Shown: piece after piece, positions 11,763-22,068 of the stretch
How the letters are laid out: the number at the start of each line of letters is the position of its first letter
Position numbering within the stretch: position 1 is the first letter of the stretch
Source of the DNA: Pasteurella multocida
Lineage (GTDB): Bacteria > Pseudomonadota > Gammaproteobacteria > Enterobacterales > Pasteurellaceae
Assembly (NCBI RefSeq): GCF_900187275.1
Contig: NZ_LT906458.1
Location: 1,080,001 to 1,112,000 of the forward strand
Length of the DNA stretch: 32,000 nt
Direction: 5' to 3'
Translations under genes and position numbers: made by a program
Notes under the pieces: model-generated
What the model saw: the letters and a program-made list of their open reading frames with translations, nothing else
The model's database searches: none
What the model was told of the DNA's origin: nothing

Positions 11763-13025
11763 ATGGAACTACTTAATCAATATGGTACTTTGCTCGTTTT
11801 TATTACGGCTGCATTTGGTTTTTTCATGGCCTTTGGTATTGGTGCGAATGATGTATCAAATGCAATGGGCACCTCTGTTGGCTCAGGTACTATTACTGCC
11901 AAGCAAGCCATTATTATTGCAATGATTTTTGAATCCGCCGGGGCTTATTTGGCGGGCGGTGAAGTGACCGAAACCATTAAAAGCGGCATCATTGATCCCA
12001 TGAAATTTGTGGACACACCAGATATTTTAGTCTTAGGGATGATGGCGGCGCTATTTGCTTCTGGATTATGGTTATTAATTGCTTCACGCATGGGTTGGCC
12101 TGTATCTACTACGCATTCGATTGTCGGTGCGGTGGTTGGCTTTGCTTGCGTCACCGTGGGTAAAGAGGCTGTAGAATGGAGCACAATTAAAAACATTGTC
12201 GGCAGTTGGTTTATCACACCGGTTATTGCGGGCATTGTCGCTTACGGTATTTTTGCCAGCACGCAAAAATTGATTTTCGATACTGATGAACCCTTAAAAA
12301 ATGCACAAAAATATGGTCCTTACTACATGGGGATCACCGCTTTTATTCTATGTATTGTGACATTAACGAAAGGGCTAAAACACATTGGTTTACATTTAAA
12401 TGGCTTTGAAGTCTTTCTGATTTCATTAGTGATTGGCATTATTTCTATCGTGGTGTGCTATTTTTATTTCAGAAGCCCAAATTTCATCCAAAAAGTACAA
12501 CGTGGTACCTTTGGTGGTGTTGAGAAAGTATTCAGTATTCTAATGCTTCTGACAGCTTGTGCTATGGCATTCGCACATGGTTCTAATGATGTCGCTAATG
12601 CGATTGGTCCACTTTCTGCGGTCGTTTCGATTGTAGAACATGGTGGGCAAATTTTGCCAAAAACACAATTGGCTTGGTGGATCTTACCACTTGGTGCAAT
12701 CGGTATTGTGATGGGCTTAGTCGTATTGGGTTATAAAGTGATGGCAACCATTGGAACAGGCATCACGGATCTCACGCCGAGTCGTGGTTTTGCGGCGCAA
12801 TTTGCGACAGCCATCACCGTTGTTGTGGCGTCAGGTACTGGTTTGCCAATTTCAACCACGCAAACATTGGTAGGCGCCGTATTAGGTGTCGGTTTTGCAC
12901 GTGGTATTGCTGCACTCAACCTGAATGTGATCCGCAATATTATTGCTTCTTGGATCGTCACCTTACCTGCAGGTGCATTTTTTGCCATTATCATTTATTA
13001 TGTACTTAGCTTTATTTTCCACTAA
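11763..13025 (+). CDS. pitA: Inorganic phosphate transporter, PiT family
   Basis: 420 aa and polytopic. It carries the duplicated PiT signature GANDVSNAMGTSVG / GSNDVANAIGP. Confidence 0.92.
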   Translation: MELLNQYGTLLVFITAAFGFFMAFGIGANDVSNAMGTSVGSGTITAKQAIIIAMIFESAGAYLAGGEVTETIKSGIIDPMKFVDTPDILVLGMMAALFASGLWLLIASRMGWPVSTTHSIVGAVVGFACVTVGKEAVEWSTIKNIVGSWFITPVIAGIVAYGIFASTQKLIFDTDEPLKNAQKYGPYYMGITAFILCIVTLTKGLKHIGLHLNGFEVFLISLVIGIISIVVCYFYFRSPNFIQKVQRGTFGGVEKVFSILMLLTACAMAFAHGSNDVANAIGPLSAVVSIVEHGGQILPKTQLAWWILPLGAIGIVMGLVVLGYKVMATIGTGITDLTPSRGFAAQFATAITVVVASGTGLPISTTQTLVGAVLGVGFARGIAALNLNVIRNIIASWIVTLPAGAFFAIIIYYVLSFIFH

Positions 13026-13033
13026 TATGTTAT

Positions 13034-13070
13034 AAAGTGTGGTGCCTAAGCCACACTTTTCATTTTGTTT
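13034..13070 (+). terminator. Rho-independent terminator after the pit gene
   Basis: AAAGTGTGG (13034-13042), 8-nt loop, CCACACTTT (13051-13059), then TCATTTTGTTTT. The arms are one-mismatch USS cores. Confidence 0.75.
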
Positions 13071-13089
13071 TACTATAGGATATTGTTTT

Positions 13090-13700
13090 ATGCAAAAAAT
13101 CGCTAAAGTCTTACTCTCTTGTCTTTTTCTTAGTGTATCCATGCAAGTTGCCTACGCAGAAACCAGATATGTCACAGAAAACTTAAGCACATTTTTGCGT
13201 AAAGGCGCAGGCGAACAATATAAAATTGCGGGCGCTATCCGAGCAGGCGAAGCGGTCACGGTTTTAGATCAAAAAGACCGTTATACCTTAATCCGTGATA
13301 GCAAAATCGTGATGCTTGGATCTTAACCAGTGAGTTAACTTCTACTCCAAGTAGTAAAGAAGAAAATCCTAAGTTAAAGACTCAGATCCAAGAATTGACC
13401 ATGAAACTGAACCGCTTAGATAGTGACTGGCAACAACGTACTAGTGAAATGCAGCGTCGTGCTAACCAAGCGGAGCAACAAAGCAGTCAATTACTTGAAC
13501 AAAACTCTCAGCTAAAACGTGAGTTAGAAATCACCAAAAATAAAAACCGTGATCTTGAAGCAATGCTAGATGCGGGTAAACGTGAAATTGCGATCCAATG
13601 GTTTATCTATGGTGGCTCTGTTCTTGGTGTGGGTTTATTGTTAGGTTTGTTAATCCCATTCATTCTACCAAAACGCCGTCGCAATAATGGTTGGGCATAA
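13090..13700 (+). pseudogene. ygiM: SH3-domain membrane protein YgiM, disrupted by a 1-nt frameshift
   Basis: The N-terminal part (13090-13326: signal peptide MQKIAKVLL...VAYA, then ETRYV and the SH3 region) and the C-terminal part (frame 0, open from 13302: RDAWILTSELTSTPSS...DWQQRTSEMQ...WFIYGG...TM...RRRNNGWA) together align collinearly with E. coli YgiM. The frames switch within the A4 run at 13303-13306. Confidence 0.85.
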
Positions 13701-13709
13701 CGATCAACG

Positions 13710-14984
13710 ATGAACAACAAGATAAAAATCTATTTAGTTGGAGGTGCTGTGCGAGATCAGCTCCTCAATCTTGTTGTGAAAGATCGTGATTGGGTCGTAG
13801 TTGGTGCAACGCCAGATGATTTACTATCACAAGGCTATCAACAAGTCGGCAAAGACTTTCCTGTTTTTCTGCATCCCCAAACAAAAGAAGAATATGCTCT
13901 CGCTAGAACAGAACGTAAAGCGGGTAGCGGCTATACTGGCTTCATTTGTGATTTTTCACCTACAATTTCTTTGGAACAAGATTTAAGTCGACGTGATTTA
14001 ACTATCAATGCGCTCGCTCAAGATCTTGACGGAAAAATCTATGATTTTTATGGTGGTCTTACGGATTTAAAACAACGTCTTTTACGCCACGTTTCCCCCG
14101 CCTTTGCAGAAGATCCGCTACGCGTATTACGTGTGGCACGTTTTGCTGCTCGCTACCATACTCTTGGCTTCACTATTGCATCTGAAACCTGCGAATTGAT
14201 GCAACAGTTATCACAAAGTGGTGAGCTGTCAAACCTAACCGCAGAACGTGTCTGGTTAGAAACAGAAAAAGCCTTATTAGAACCGCATCCTGAAGTGTAT
14301 TTCCAAACGCTACAAGAGGTGGGCGCATTACAAGTACTGTTTCCTGAATTAGCTGCATTACAGGGCGTCCCCAATCCCGCGAAATACCATCCAGAAATAG
14401 ATACGTTTGTGCATACTATGCTGGTCCTACAACAAGCAGTCTTGTTGACAGAAAACACGGACAGTGACAAAAGTGCGGTACGTTTTGCTGCAATTTGTCA
14501 TGATTTAGGAAAAGCCTTAACACCAAAAGAAATATTGCCACATCATTATGGACATGAAAAAGCTGGTGTCATGCCGACAAGACGCTTATGTCAGCGCTTT
14601 AAATTACCTCACGCAATTCAAGATTTTGCAGAACTTTGTTGTGAATATCATTCGCACATACACAAAGCCTTTGAATTACGTGCGGAGACAATATTGAAAT
14701 TATTCAATCGTCTAGATGTCTGGCGTAAGCCGGAACGTTTTAAAGCACTTTTGTTAGTCTGTATTGCAGACACGCGTGGTAGGACCGGATTTGAACAAGT
14801 TGACTATCCACAACGTGAATTTCTCTGGCAACTTTATCAAAGTGCTCTGCAGGTCAACGTGCAAGACATCATCCAACAAGGTTTCCAGCAGCAAGCCATT
14901 CGTGATGAACTCAATCGCCGTCGTATAATCGCGATTAAACAGACACGCGCGGAAATCCTCCCGCGCTTTACTAATCCGTGTTAA
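13710..14984 (+). CDS. cca: Multifunctional CCA-adding enzyme (tRNA nucleotidyltransferase with HD phosphohydrolase domain)
   Basis: [39 protein letters not shown] and the HD domain (HPEIDT..H, CHDLGK). Collinear with E. coli Cca. Confidence 0.96.
   Translation: MNNKIKIYLVGGAVRDQLLNLVVKDRDWVVVGATPDDLLSQGYQQVGKDFPVFLHPQTKEEYALARTERKAGSGYTGFICDFSPTISLEQDLSRRDLTINALAQDLDGKIYDFYGGLTDLKQRLLRHVSPAFAEDPLRVLRVARFAARYHTLGFTIASETCELMQQLSQSGELSNLTAERVWLETEKALLEPHPEVYFQTLQEVGALQVLFPELAALQGVPNPAKYHPEIDTFVHTMLVLQQAVLLTENTDSDKSAVRFAAICHDLGKALTPKEILPHHYGHEKAGVMPTRRLCQRFKLPHAIQDFAELCCEYHSHIHKAFELRAETILKLFNRLDVWRKPERFKALLLVCIADTRGRTGFEQVDYPQREFLWQLYQSALQVNVQDIIQQGFQQQAIRDELNRRRIIAIKQTRAEILPRFTNPC
14471..14479 (+). 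repeat. Uptake signal sequence core
   Basis: Exact AAGTGCGGT inside cca. Confidence 0.85.
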
Positions 14985-15024
14985 GCTCGTAAAATAATCA
15001 CAATTTTGAGTACTTTTATTGGTT

Positions 15025-15642
15025 ATGAAAAAACAACATTTTCTTTTGCCTATCATTGCAAGTTTCTTTTTATTTGCTTGTACCCTGGATACAGAACGTC
15101 CAACGGATGTGAAATATATCAGTCACACCGATCCCACGTGGCAACAACATTTATCTCAACTTAAGAAGATTCGCGATTACACTAACCAAGGTCAGTTAGG
15201 TTATATCAGTCAGAAAGAACGATTTTCTACTCGTTTTGACTGGCAATACCAAAATCCAACCAACTACCGTCTAACCTTGTCTTCCACACTGAGCCCAACA
15301 ACCCTATCTATTGAAGTACGTCATAATGTTATGCACCTGTCTGATAATAAAGGACCTCTCCGCTCAGCACAGGATGCCAAGCGGTTACTGAAAGAGATTG
15401 TTGGGATGGATTTACCGCTTGACCAATTCGCCCTTTGGTTAAAAGGACAGCCTGATGAGAGTCGGGAATATCGAGTCGCTGAAAATCACTTACTCGCCCA
15501 CTTTAGCTATCCTATCGATAATCAACAATGGACAGCGGATTACTTAAGCTATCATCAACTTCCACTTCCTTTACCGAAGGATATTTTGTTGAAGACAGAA
15601 GGGCAAACTTTAAAGATTCGTATCGATAACTGGACTTATTAA
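15025..15642 (+). CDS. lolB: Outer-membrane lipoprotein LolB
   Basis: Lipobox LFAC in MKKQHFLLPIIASFFLFAC. Similar to E. coli LolB (F.WQ...YRL.L...L.....NKG, and the IK...DNW ending). I prefer the ATG at 15025 to the TTG at 15019. Confidence 0.88.
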   Translation: MKKQHFLLPIIASFFLFACTLDTERPTDVKYISHTDPTWQQHLSQLKKIRDYTNQGQLGYISQKERFSTRFDWQYQNPTNYRLTLSSTLSPTTLSIEVRHNVMHLSDNKGPLRSAQDAKRLLKEIVGMDLPLDQFALWLKGQPDESREYRVAENHLLAHFSYPIDNQQWTADYLSYHQLPLPLPKDILLKTEGQTLKIRIDNWTY

Positions 15643-16529
15643 TGCAACATTATCATTTTTCTCACTCACTTTTAGCACAACAAGAAAAACCATATCGTTT
15701 CCCTTGTCCGGCTAAACTTAACTTATTTCTCTACATTAATGGGAAACGTCAAGATGGTTATCACGAACTACAAACCCTTTTTCAATTTGTTGATTTTGGT
15801 GATTGGTTAGATATTGAGGTTCGCGAAGATAACGAAATCTGCCTAACGCCAGAACTCCCCTCACTAAAAAATGAAGATAATTTAGTCTATCGCGCAGCAA
15901 AATTACTGCAACAAAAAACCAATTGTGCTTTAGGCGCCAATCTGACACTTGATAAGATTCTACCGATGGGAAGTGGGCTCGGGGGAGGCTCGTCTAATGC
16001 GGCAACAGCATTAGTCGCATTAAATTACCTGTGGAATACGCAACTCAGCACAAAACAACTTGCTAAACTAGGATTAATGCTCGGTGCAGACGTACCAATT
16101 TTTGTCCATGGTCACGCGGCATTTGCTGAAGGAGTAGGTGAAAAAATTACTTATTGTGAGCCAAAAGAGAAATGGTATGTGGTTTTAAAGCCAAATGTGT
16201 CTATATCAACCGCGACCGTCTTTTCTGATCCAGATTTAATTCGTAATACCCCTAAGCAATCTCTGGAGCAACTCCTCAATCAAAAATATACAAACGATTG
16301 TGAAAAAGTTGTGTTAAATCATTATCCAGAGGTTGAAGAAATACTCCACAGATTGTTACAATATGCGCCATCAAGATTAACAGGCACCGGCGCTTGTGTA
16401 TTTGCCGAATTTAATGACGAAGAAAGTGCACAACTCGCATTTCAAACAATACCCAAAAACTATTTTGGTTTTGTCGCACAAGGATTAAATAAATCACCTT
16501 TACATAATATGCTAGCGAAAATCAGCTAG
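15642..16529 (+). CDS. ispE: 4-diphosphocytidyl-2-C-methyl-D-erythritol kinase
   Basis: PAKLNLFLYINGKRQDGYHELQTLFQF and the GHMP kinase loop PMGSGLGGGSSNAA. Its start overlaps the lolB stop (TAATG). Confidence 0.95.
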   Translation: MQHYHFSHSLLAQQEKPYRFPCPAKLNLFLYINGKRQDGYHELQTLFQFVDFGDWLDIEVREDNEICLTPELPSLKNEDNLVYRAAKLLQQKTNCALGANLTLDKILPMGSGLGGGSSNAATALVALNYLWNTQLSTKQLAKLGLMLGADVPIFVHGHAAFAEGVGEKITYCEPKEKWYVVLKPNVSISTATVFSDPDLIRNTPKQSLEQLLNQKYTNDCEKVVLNHYPEVEEILHRLLQYAPSRLTGTGACVFAEFNDEESAQLAFQTIPKNYFGFVAQGLNKSPLHNMLAKIS

Positions 16530-16544
16530 CTCGATAATAACGAA

Positions 16545-16574
16545 TTTACTCAACCATTTTTATTTCTTTACAAT
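16545..16574 (+). promoter_or_regulatory. Candidate prs promoter
   Basis: TTTACT (16545-16550), 18-nt spacer, TACAAT (16569-16574). The perfect palindrome AACCTCGAGGTT (16579-16590) sits between it and the prs start. Confidence 0.3.
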
Positions 16575-16598
16575 CTAAACCTCGAGGTTCAATTAACA

Positions 16599-17546
16599 AT
16601 GCCTGATATAAAACTCTTTACTGGTAATGCAACACCAGAACTAGCAAAACGAATTTCTGAACGTTTATATCTCTCATTAGGTGATGCGACTGTTGGTCGT
16701 TTCAGTGATGGAGAAATTCAAGTTCAGATCAACGAAAACGTACGTGGTAGTGATGTGTTCATTATTCAATCTACTTGTGCCCCAACAAACGATAACCTAA
16801 TGGAGTTGATTGTCATGGTTGATGCGTTACGTCGAGCATCTGCTGGTCGTATTACCGCGGTAATTCCTTATTTTGGTTATGCACGCCAAGATCGTCGTGT
16901 CCGCTCTGCTCGTGTACCGATTACAGCAAAAGTCGTGGCAGACTTCCTTTCTAGTGTAGGTGTCGATCGCGTGTTAACTTGTGATTTACACGCGGAACAA
17001 ATCCAAGGTTTTTTTGATGTGCCTGTTGATAACGTCTTTGGTTCACCTGTATTAGTGCATGATATGTTAAAGAAAATCGACATGCAAAATCCGATTGTCG
17101 TTTCACCAGATATTGGAGGCGTCGTACGTGCCCGCGCTATCGCAAAATTACTGAATGATACCGATATGGCAATTATTGATAAACGTCGTCCACGTGCCAA
17201 TGTAGCACAAGTCATGCATATTATCGGGGATGTTGCAGGTCGTGATTGTATTCTTGTGGATGATATGATTGATACTGGTGGGACATTATGTAAAGCGGCT
17301 GAAGCCTTAAAAGAACGCGGGGCTAAACGTGTTTTTGCCTATGCGACTCACGCAGTATTCTCTGGCTCGGCTGCGAAAAATCTTGCCAGTGATGCATTAG
17401 ATGAGGTGGTAGTAACAGACACGATCCCCCTTTCACCAGAAATTAAAGCATTAAACAAAGTCCGCGTATTAACCCTTTCAGGTATGTTGGCTGAAGCTAT
17501 TCGTCGTATCAGTAACGAAGAATCAATTTCTGCAATGTTCACCTAG
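16599..17546 (+). CDS. prs: Ribose-phosphate pyrophosphokinase (PRPP synthetase)
   Basis: 315 aa, near-identical in pattern to enterobacterial Prs ([62 protein letters not shown]). Confidence 0.97.
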   Translation: MPDIKLFTGNATPELAKRISERLYLSLGDATVGRFSDGEIQVQINENVRGSDVFIIQSTCAPTNDNLMELIVMVDALRRASAGRITAVIPYFGYARQDRRVRSARVPITAKVVADFLSSVGVDRVLTCDLHAEQIQGFFDVPVDNVFGSPVLVHDMLKKIDMQNPIVVSPDIGGVVRARAIAKLLNDTDMAIIDKRRPRANVAQVMHIIGDVAGRDCILVDDMIDTGGTLCKAAEALKERGAKRVFAYATHAVFSGSAAKNLASDALDEVVVTDTIPLSPEIKALNKVRVLTLSGMLAEAIRRISNEESISAMFT

Positions 17547-17556
17547 TCAAATGACA

Positions 17557-17602
17557 AAAAAAGTGCGGTTAAAAATATTGAATTTTTAACCGCACTTTTT
17601 TA
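17557..17602. terminator. Bidirectional terminator formed by an inverted USS pair (prs / peptidase gene)
   Basis: AAAAAAGTGCGGTTAAAAAT...ATTTTTAACCGCACTTTTTT. USS cores are at 17561-17569 (+) and 17589-17597 (-), with A and T runs on both sides. Confidence 0.85.
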
Positions 17603-17621
17603 TCTCGATAAGCGTCGTCTT

Positions 17622-19259
17622 TTATAGTCTGAGCTGCCGCTCAATTTCTTTCGCTTTCACTAAGAATTGTTTACGCTCAGCAGTTCCCATACCACTACTT
17701 GTTCCCGGTAATTTCACAGTCAATGGATTAACCGCGCGACCATTAATATGAAATTCATAATGTAAATGCGGTCCTGTCGAACGCCCTGTATTTCCCGAAA
17801 GAGCAATACGTTGACCACGTTTAACATTTTGCCCTGCTTTGACTAGAGCACGGCTTAAGTGCATATAAACGGTTTGATATTCACGCCCATGTCGTACCAC
17901 AATATAACGTCCTGCGCCATTTGCTTGATACGCGACTTTTTCCACAATACCATCCGCCGGTGCAATGACCGGTGTACCAACGGGCATAGCAAAATCCACG
18001 CCTTTATGTGGTGCAATACGCCCAGTCACAGGGTGGCGTCGATAGGGATTAAAATGAGAAGAAACGCGAGCCTGACGTTGTAAAGGATAACGAGCAAAAC
18101 CTTTGCCTAGCGTTTCGCCTTGGCGATTATAATAACGCCCATTACTCGCTTGAATCGCATAATAACTTTTGCCAGCTGAAATAATATGGATTCCATCCAC
18201 ATTACCTTGTCCCGTCAGCTTCCCTTCAATATATTCACGTGTCACTAATACCGCAAATTTATCGCCTTTTTTTAGCCGTTTTAAATTAATTTGCCATTGT
18301 AATGCATTCGCAAGTTGATTAATTTGGCGGATATCTAAACCTAATGTTCTTAATGCGGTATTAAAAAAACCGTCAATTCTGCCTTTTAACACCTCTTTTT
18401 TCCAAACACTTTGTTTCTTTAAAATTTCACGCTGATATTGACCATCTGCTGTTTTTTCGTAGATTTTTTCTTCTCTCTCTGAAACCAACCAATTAAGGTA
18501 TTCGAGTTCGCCTTGGTTATCTAAGATCCAATAAAATTGCTGACCCGGCTTTAAGTTTTTAAATTCAGGATAGGCTTTAATTAAGCGCTCGCTTACACTG
18601 GCATCTAAGCCAGACAACTCTAAAACATCTTTTAAGGAATCCCCTTTTACCACCGTGTGGCTGAACTGATTTTTAATCCGCATTGCCTGATCCATAACAT
18701 CAAACAAATCACTCAGCGCATGACGAACAGGTTCAGGAAAGGCTGCCAATTCATCTAGCATATCGGGTTTGATTTCATCAACCTCATCATCTTTTGCTTC
18801 TAAATCATCATAAAAAGACGTTGCATCTAGTGTATTTTCTGCGGGTTTTGCTGTCGTTTCTTGTGACGATGCATCTACTTGAGTGTCACTGTTTTTTTCA
18901 TCCATACTGACAGCGGAAGACTCAGTATGATGTTCTGTTATCGCTTGCTTTTCTACTGATTCCGCGGATGAGGGAGGAGAAAGGGTGCTATCCGCTTGTA
19001 CCGAAGAAGGCGATTCTACCGTGGCTGTAGATAAGGCAGGTTGCTTTTCAATTTGAGTTTCTGTTTGTGTTTGGCTATCTGCACTTGAATCTTGCCCTTC
19101 TTCTTTTTTTCCCAACGATACAACGAGAACGATGAATAAAATAATGCTAAAAAAAATTGCGATCTTAATCTGCAATTTTCTTCTTCGTCTATCTCTTGCT
19201 AATTTAACGTGCCGCACGCTTCTATTCCTTTGTTTCTCAATTCGTTTAATTATGACCAA
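17622..19259 (-). CDS. mepM: M23-family murein endopeptidase with an OapA/LysM-like domain (MepM/YebA-like)
   Basis: The C-terminal M23 domain has HKGVDFA and [15 protein letters not shown]. The middle OapA-like segment is [18 protein letters not shown]. The N-terminus is a TM anchor followed by a roughly 150-aa acidic S/T/Q-rich linker. There is no ATG near the 5' end. The track start is a TTG at 19259, and a GTG at 19217 has a better SD (AAGGAA, 7 nt upstream). Confidence 0.88.
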   Translation of the reverse strand: MVIIKRIEKQRNRSVRHVKLARDRRRRKLQIKIAIFFSIILFIVLVVSLGKKEEGQDSSADSQTQTETQIEKQPALSTATVESPSSVQADSTLSPPSSAESVEKQAITEHHTESSAVSMDEKNSDTQVDASSQETTAKPAENTLDATSFYDDLEAKDDEVDEIKPDMLDELAAFPEPVRHALSDLFDVMDQAMRIKNQFSHTVVKGDSLKDVLELSGLDASVSERLIKAYPEFKNLKPGQQFYWILDNQGELEYLNWLVSEREEKIYEKTADGQYQREILKKQSVWKKEVLKGRIDGFFNTALRTLGLDIRQINQLANALQWQINLKRLKKGDKFAVLVTREYIEGKLTGQGNVDGIHIISAGKSYYAIQASNGRYYNRQGETLGKGFARYPLQRQARVSSHFNPYRRHPVTGRIAPHKGVDFAMPVGTPVIAPADGIVEKVAYQANGAGRYIVVRHGREYQTVYMHLSRALVKAGQNVKRGQRIALSGNTGRSTGPHLHYEFHINGRAVNPLTVKLPGTSSGMGTAERKQFLVKAKEIERQLRL

Positions 19260-19409
19260 GCAAACAATAAAAAATTCAACGGAATGTTAAAAAAGGCATA
19301 TGAATGCCCAAATTGTATTCATCGTACTTATTTTCATTGGATAAACTTGTTAAACGAATCAAAATAAGCTATTTTTACTGCAACTTTAAGCCGTCAAGTC
19401 TAGCAAATA

Positions 19410-20201
19410 ATGCACATTCATTCTATAAAATTACCCTTAGTTGAATTAAAAAACATCAATGTTGTTTTTGAACAGAAAAAAGCATTACAAAATATCAATT
19501 TAACCCTTTATCCCAATTCGATCATTACGATTGTCGGTCCTAATGGTGGCGGAAAATCAACCTTATTAAAGGTATTACTCAAATTGCTTCCCCCTACTTC
19601 GGGACAAGTTATTTACCATAAAAACTTACGTATTGGTTACGTGCCGCAAAAAATTCACTTAGATCATAGTCTGCCGATTACTGTTGAACGCTTTTTATCA
19701 CTCAAAAAAGGGATTTCTCGCCAAGCTATCCAAGACGCTTTGTCATTATTGTCAATTAGTCACTTACATAAAAATAGCCTACAAAAATTATCTGGTGGAG
19801 AGATGCAACGGGTACTCTTAGCCCGCGCTATCTTGAATAAACCAAATTTATTGGTATTAGATGAACCAACGCAAGGCGTCGATATCAATGGGCAAGCAGA
19901 ACTTTATCAGTTAATTCAACAAACACAGCAACAATTAAATTGTGCCATTCTCATGGTTTCTCACGATCTCAATATTGTGATGGCAGATACCAATGAAGTG
20001 CTCTGTATTAATCAACATATTTGCTGTGCGGGAACACCAGAAACGGTTTCAAATGATCCCACGTTTATTCATTTCTTTGGTGACCAATTTGCCAAAAATG
20101 TCGCACTATATACCCATAAACACAACCATAAACATGACATACATGGCGATATTTGCTGTACGTCAGATTTCCAATCTCAACAATGTACTCATAAAGAATA
20201 G
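19410..20201 (+). CDS. znuC: Zinc ABC transporter ATP-binding protein ZnuC
   Basis: Walker [13 protein letters not shown], signature [14 protein letters not shown], and HICCAGTPE followed by a His/Cys-rich tail ([15 protein letters not shown]), comparable to the E. coli ZnuC tail HHHNHRHD. Confidence 0.92.
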   Translation: MHIHSIKLPLVELKNINVVFEQKKALQNINLTLYPNSIITIVGPNGGGKSTLLKVLLKLLPPTSGQVIYHKNLRIGYVPQKIHLDHSLPITVERFLSLKKGISRQAIQDALSLLSISHLHKNSLQKLSGGEMQRVLLARAILNKPNLLVLDEPTQGVDINGQAELYQLIQQTQQQLNCAILMVSHDLNIVMADTNEVLCINQHICCAGTPETVSNDPTFIHFFGDQFAKNVALYTHKHNHKHDIHGDICCTSDFQSQQCTHKE

Positions 20202-20209
20202 GATAAATC

Positions 20210-20995
20210 ATGTTTGAAATTCTTTTTCCCGCTTGGCTGACCGGTATGTTGCTTTCCCTGATTACAGCACCACTCGGTGCTTTTGTGGTCTGGCGAAAAA
20301 TGGCTTACTTTGGTGATACACTTGCTCATTCCGCATTACTTGGAGTGGCATTGGGAATTTTCCTAGATATCAACCCTTACCTTTCGATTGTGCTGCTGAC
20401 GTTAATCCTCGCCATCCTCATGGTATGGCTAGAAGGGAAAACACAATTTTCGGTGGATACATTACTTGGCATCATTGCGCACAGTTGTTTATCGCTGGGT
20501 GTGGTCACCGTTGGCTTATTGCAAAATGTCCGCGTGGATTTAATGGCTTATCTTTTTGGCGATCTATTAGCCATGAACTATGAGGATTTAGTGGTGATTG
20601 GTATAGGTGTTGTATTTGTGCTGGTGACATTATTGTATTTCTGGCATCCGCTCCTTTCGACCACAGTCAGTCCAGAACTTGCACAAGTTGAAGGGGTAAA
20701 TGTGCAGAAAATGCGTTTTATTTTAATGATCTTAACCGCACTGACGATTGCACTTAGTATGAAATTTGTTGGTGCCTTAATTATCACCTCACTCCTGATT
20801 ATTCCTTCCGCCACGGCAAGGCGGTTTGCCAAAACCCCAGAGAGTATGGTGTTCATTGCAATTCTTATAAGTATGCTTTCAATTAGTTTGGGCTTATTAC
20901 TTTCCGCTTACTACGATACCGCAGCAGGTCCTTCTGTGGTCATCTGCGCTAGTTTGTTATTCTTGTTGTCATTAATGAAAAAAGAACATAATTAA
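20210..20995 (+). CDS. znuB: Zinc ABC transporter permease ZnuB
   Basis: 261-aa polytopic ABC-3 family permease immediately downstream of znuC ([22 protein letters not shown]). Confidence 0.92.
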   Translation: MFEILFPAWLTGMLLSLITAPLGAFVVWRKMAYFGDTLAHSALLGVALGIFLDINPYLSIVLLTLILAILMVWLEGKTQFSVDTLLGIIAHSCLSLGVVTVGLLQNVRVDLMAYLFGDLLAMNYEDLVVIGIGVVFVLVTLLYFWHPLLSTTVSPELAQVEGVNVQKMRFILMILTALTIALSMKFVGALIITSLLIIPSATARRFAKTPESMVFIAILISMLSISLGLLLSAYYDTAAGPSVVICASLLFLLSLMKKEHN

Positions 20996-21036
20996 ACCGC
21001 TAAAGAGCGGTCCCATTTACACTTTTTTCACGAACA

Positions 21037-21066
21037 TGAAAAAGCGAACCAAAGTTCGCTTTTTAT
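21037..21066. terminator. Bidirectional terminator between convergent znuB and dppF
   Basis: AAAA-AGCGAAC (21042-21048)-caaa-GTTCGCT (21054-21060)-TTTTT. A second small hairpin, ACCGCT/AGCGGT, lies at 20996-21011. Confidence 0.8.
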
Positions 21067-21071
21067 TTGCA

Positions 21072-22052
21072 TTAATCTAGCATAAAACAGGCAATCTTGC
21101 TGCCATCCTCATACTGTTTTAAAGCTGGTTTCTCGAGGGCACATTTTTCCATAGCAAAACGACAACGAGCATGGAAAGCACAGCCTTTAGGTGGACTTAA
21201 TGGACTCGGCAACTCACCTGTCAGTTTAATTCTTTCGCGACGATGTTCAGCTTCCAAACGCGGTGTAGCTGAAAGTAAGGCTTGCGTGTAAGGATGACGA
21301 GGATGGTTAAAAATTGCCTTCGTTTCACCTTGTTCAACACAACGCCCTAAATACATAACCATCACTTCATCGGCAATGTGTTCCACCACCGAAAGATCGT
21401 GGGAAATAAACACATAAGATAATCCCATTTCTTCTTGCAGATCCATCATCAAGTTTAATACTTGGGCACGGACAGACACATCAAGCGCAGAAACCGGTTC
21501 ATCCGCCACCACAATATCAGGACGCAACATTAACCCACGCGCAATCGCGATACGTTGACGTTGTCCCCCTGAGAACATGTGTGGATAGCGATCGTAAAAC
21601 TCTGGTTTTAAGCCCACTTTTTCCATCATTTCCAACACTTGCTGCTTACGTTCTTTGGCATTCAAATCCGTATTGATCAACAACGGCTCTTCTAAAATCG
21701 TGCCAATTTTTTTGCGTGGATTTAAAGAAGCATAAGGATTTTGAAACACAATTTGAATTTTCTTACGACGCAATTTTTGTGTGGCCGTGTCATTTTCCAA
21801 AAAGTTTTGTCCTTTATAGAAAAGTTCACCTTCTGTTGGGGCTTCAATCATGGTTAGCATGCGACCAAGTGTAGATTTACCACAACCTGACTCCCCCACG
21901 ATCGCCAATGTTTTACCGCGCTCTAAGGTAAATGAAACCCCATCTACCGCTTTCACTAACTTCGGCTTACTCAATATCCCTTTTTTAACGGGATAGTATT
22001 TTTTCAAATTCACTGCATCCAACAAAGGTGCTTGTCTCTCAAGTTCTTGCAT
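21072..22052 (-). CDS. dppF: Dipeptide ABC transporter ATP-binding protein DppF
   Basis: Collinear with E. coli DppF ([48 protein letters not shown], and a C-terminal Cys motif GCAFHARC...C...C). The start at M21 of the track ORF (22052) matches the E. coli N-terminal length. Confidence 0.93.
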   Translation of the reverse strand: MQELERQAPLLDAVNLKKYYPVKKGILSKPKLVKAVDGVSFTLERGKTLAIVGESGCGKSTLGRMLTMIEAPTEGELFYKGQNFLENDTATQKLRRKKIQIVFQNPYASLNPRKKIGTILEEPLLINTDLNAKERKQQVLEMMEKVGLKPEFYDRYPHMFSGGQRQRIAIARGLMLRPDIVVADEPVSALDVSVRAQVLNLMMDLQEEMGLSYVFISHDLSVVEHIADEVMVMYLGRCVEQGETKAIFNHPRHPYTQALLSATPRLEAEHRRERIKLTGELPSPLSPPKGCAFHARCRFAMEKCALEKPALKQYEDGSKIACFMLD

Positions 22053-22068
22053 ATTGTTCTCTTTCTTA

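Noticed and set aside
16531-16550. Fur-box-like GATAAT strings (16533, 15515, 30495).
   Set aside because: Each matches the 19-bp Fur consensus only in one hexamer and the remainder diverges. The associated genes (prs, lolB, trhP) are not expected Fur targets.
19260-19409. Possible Zur box in the mepM-znuC divergent spacer (AATGTTA half-site near 19283).
   Set aside because: There is only a single half-site, with no palindromic partner resembling GAAATGTTATAATATAACATTTC. I cannot support an operator without a matrix scan.
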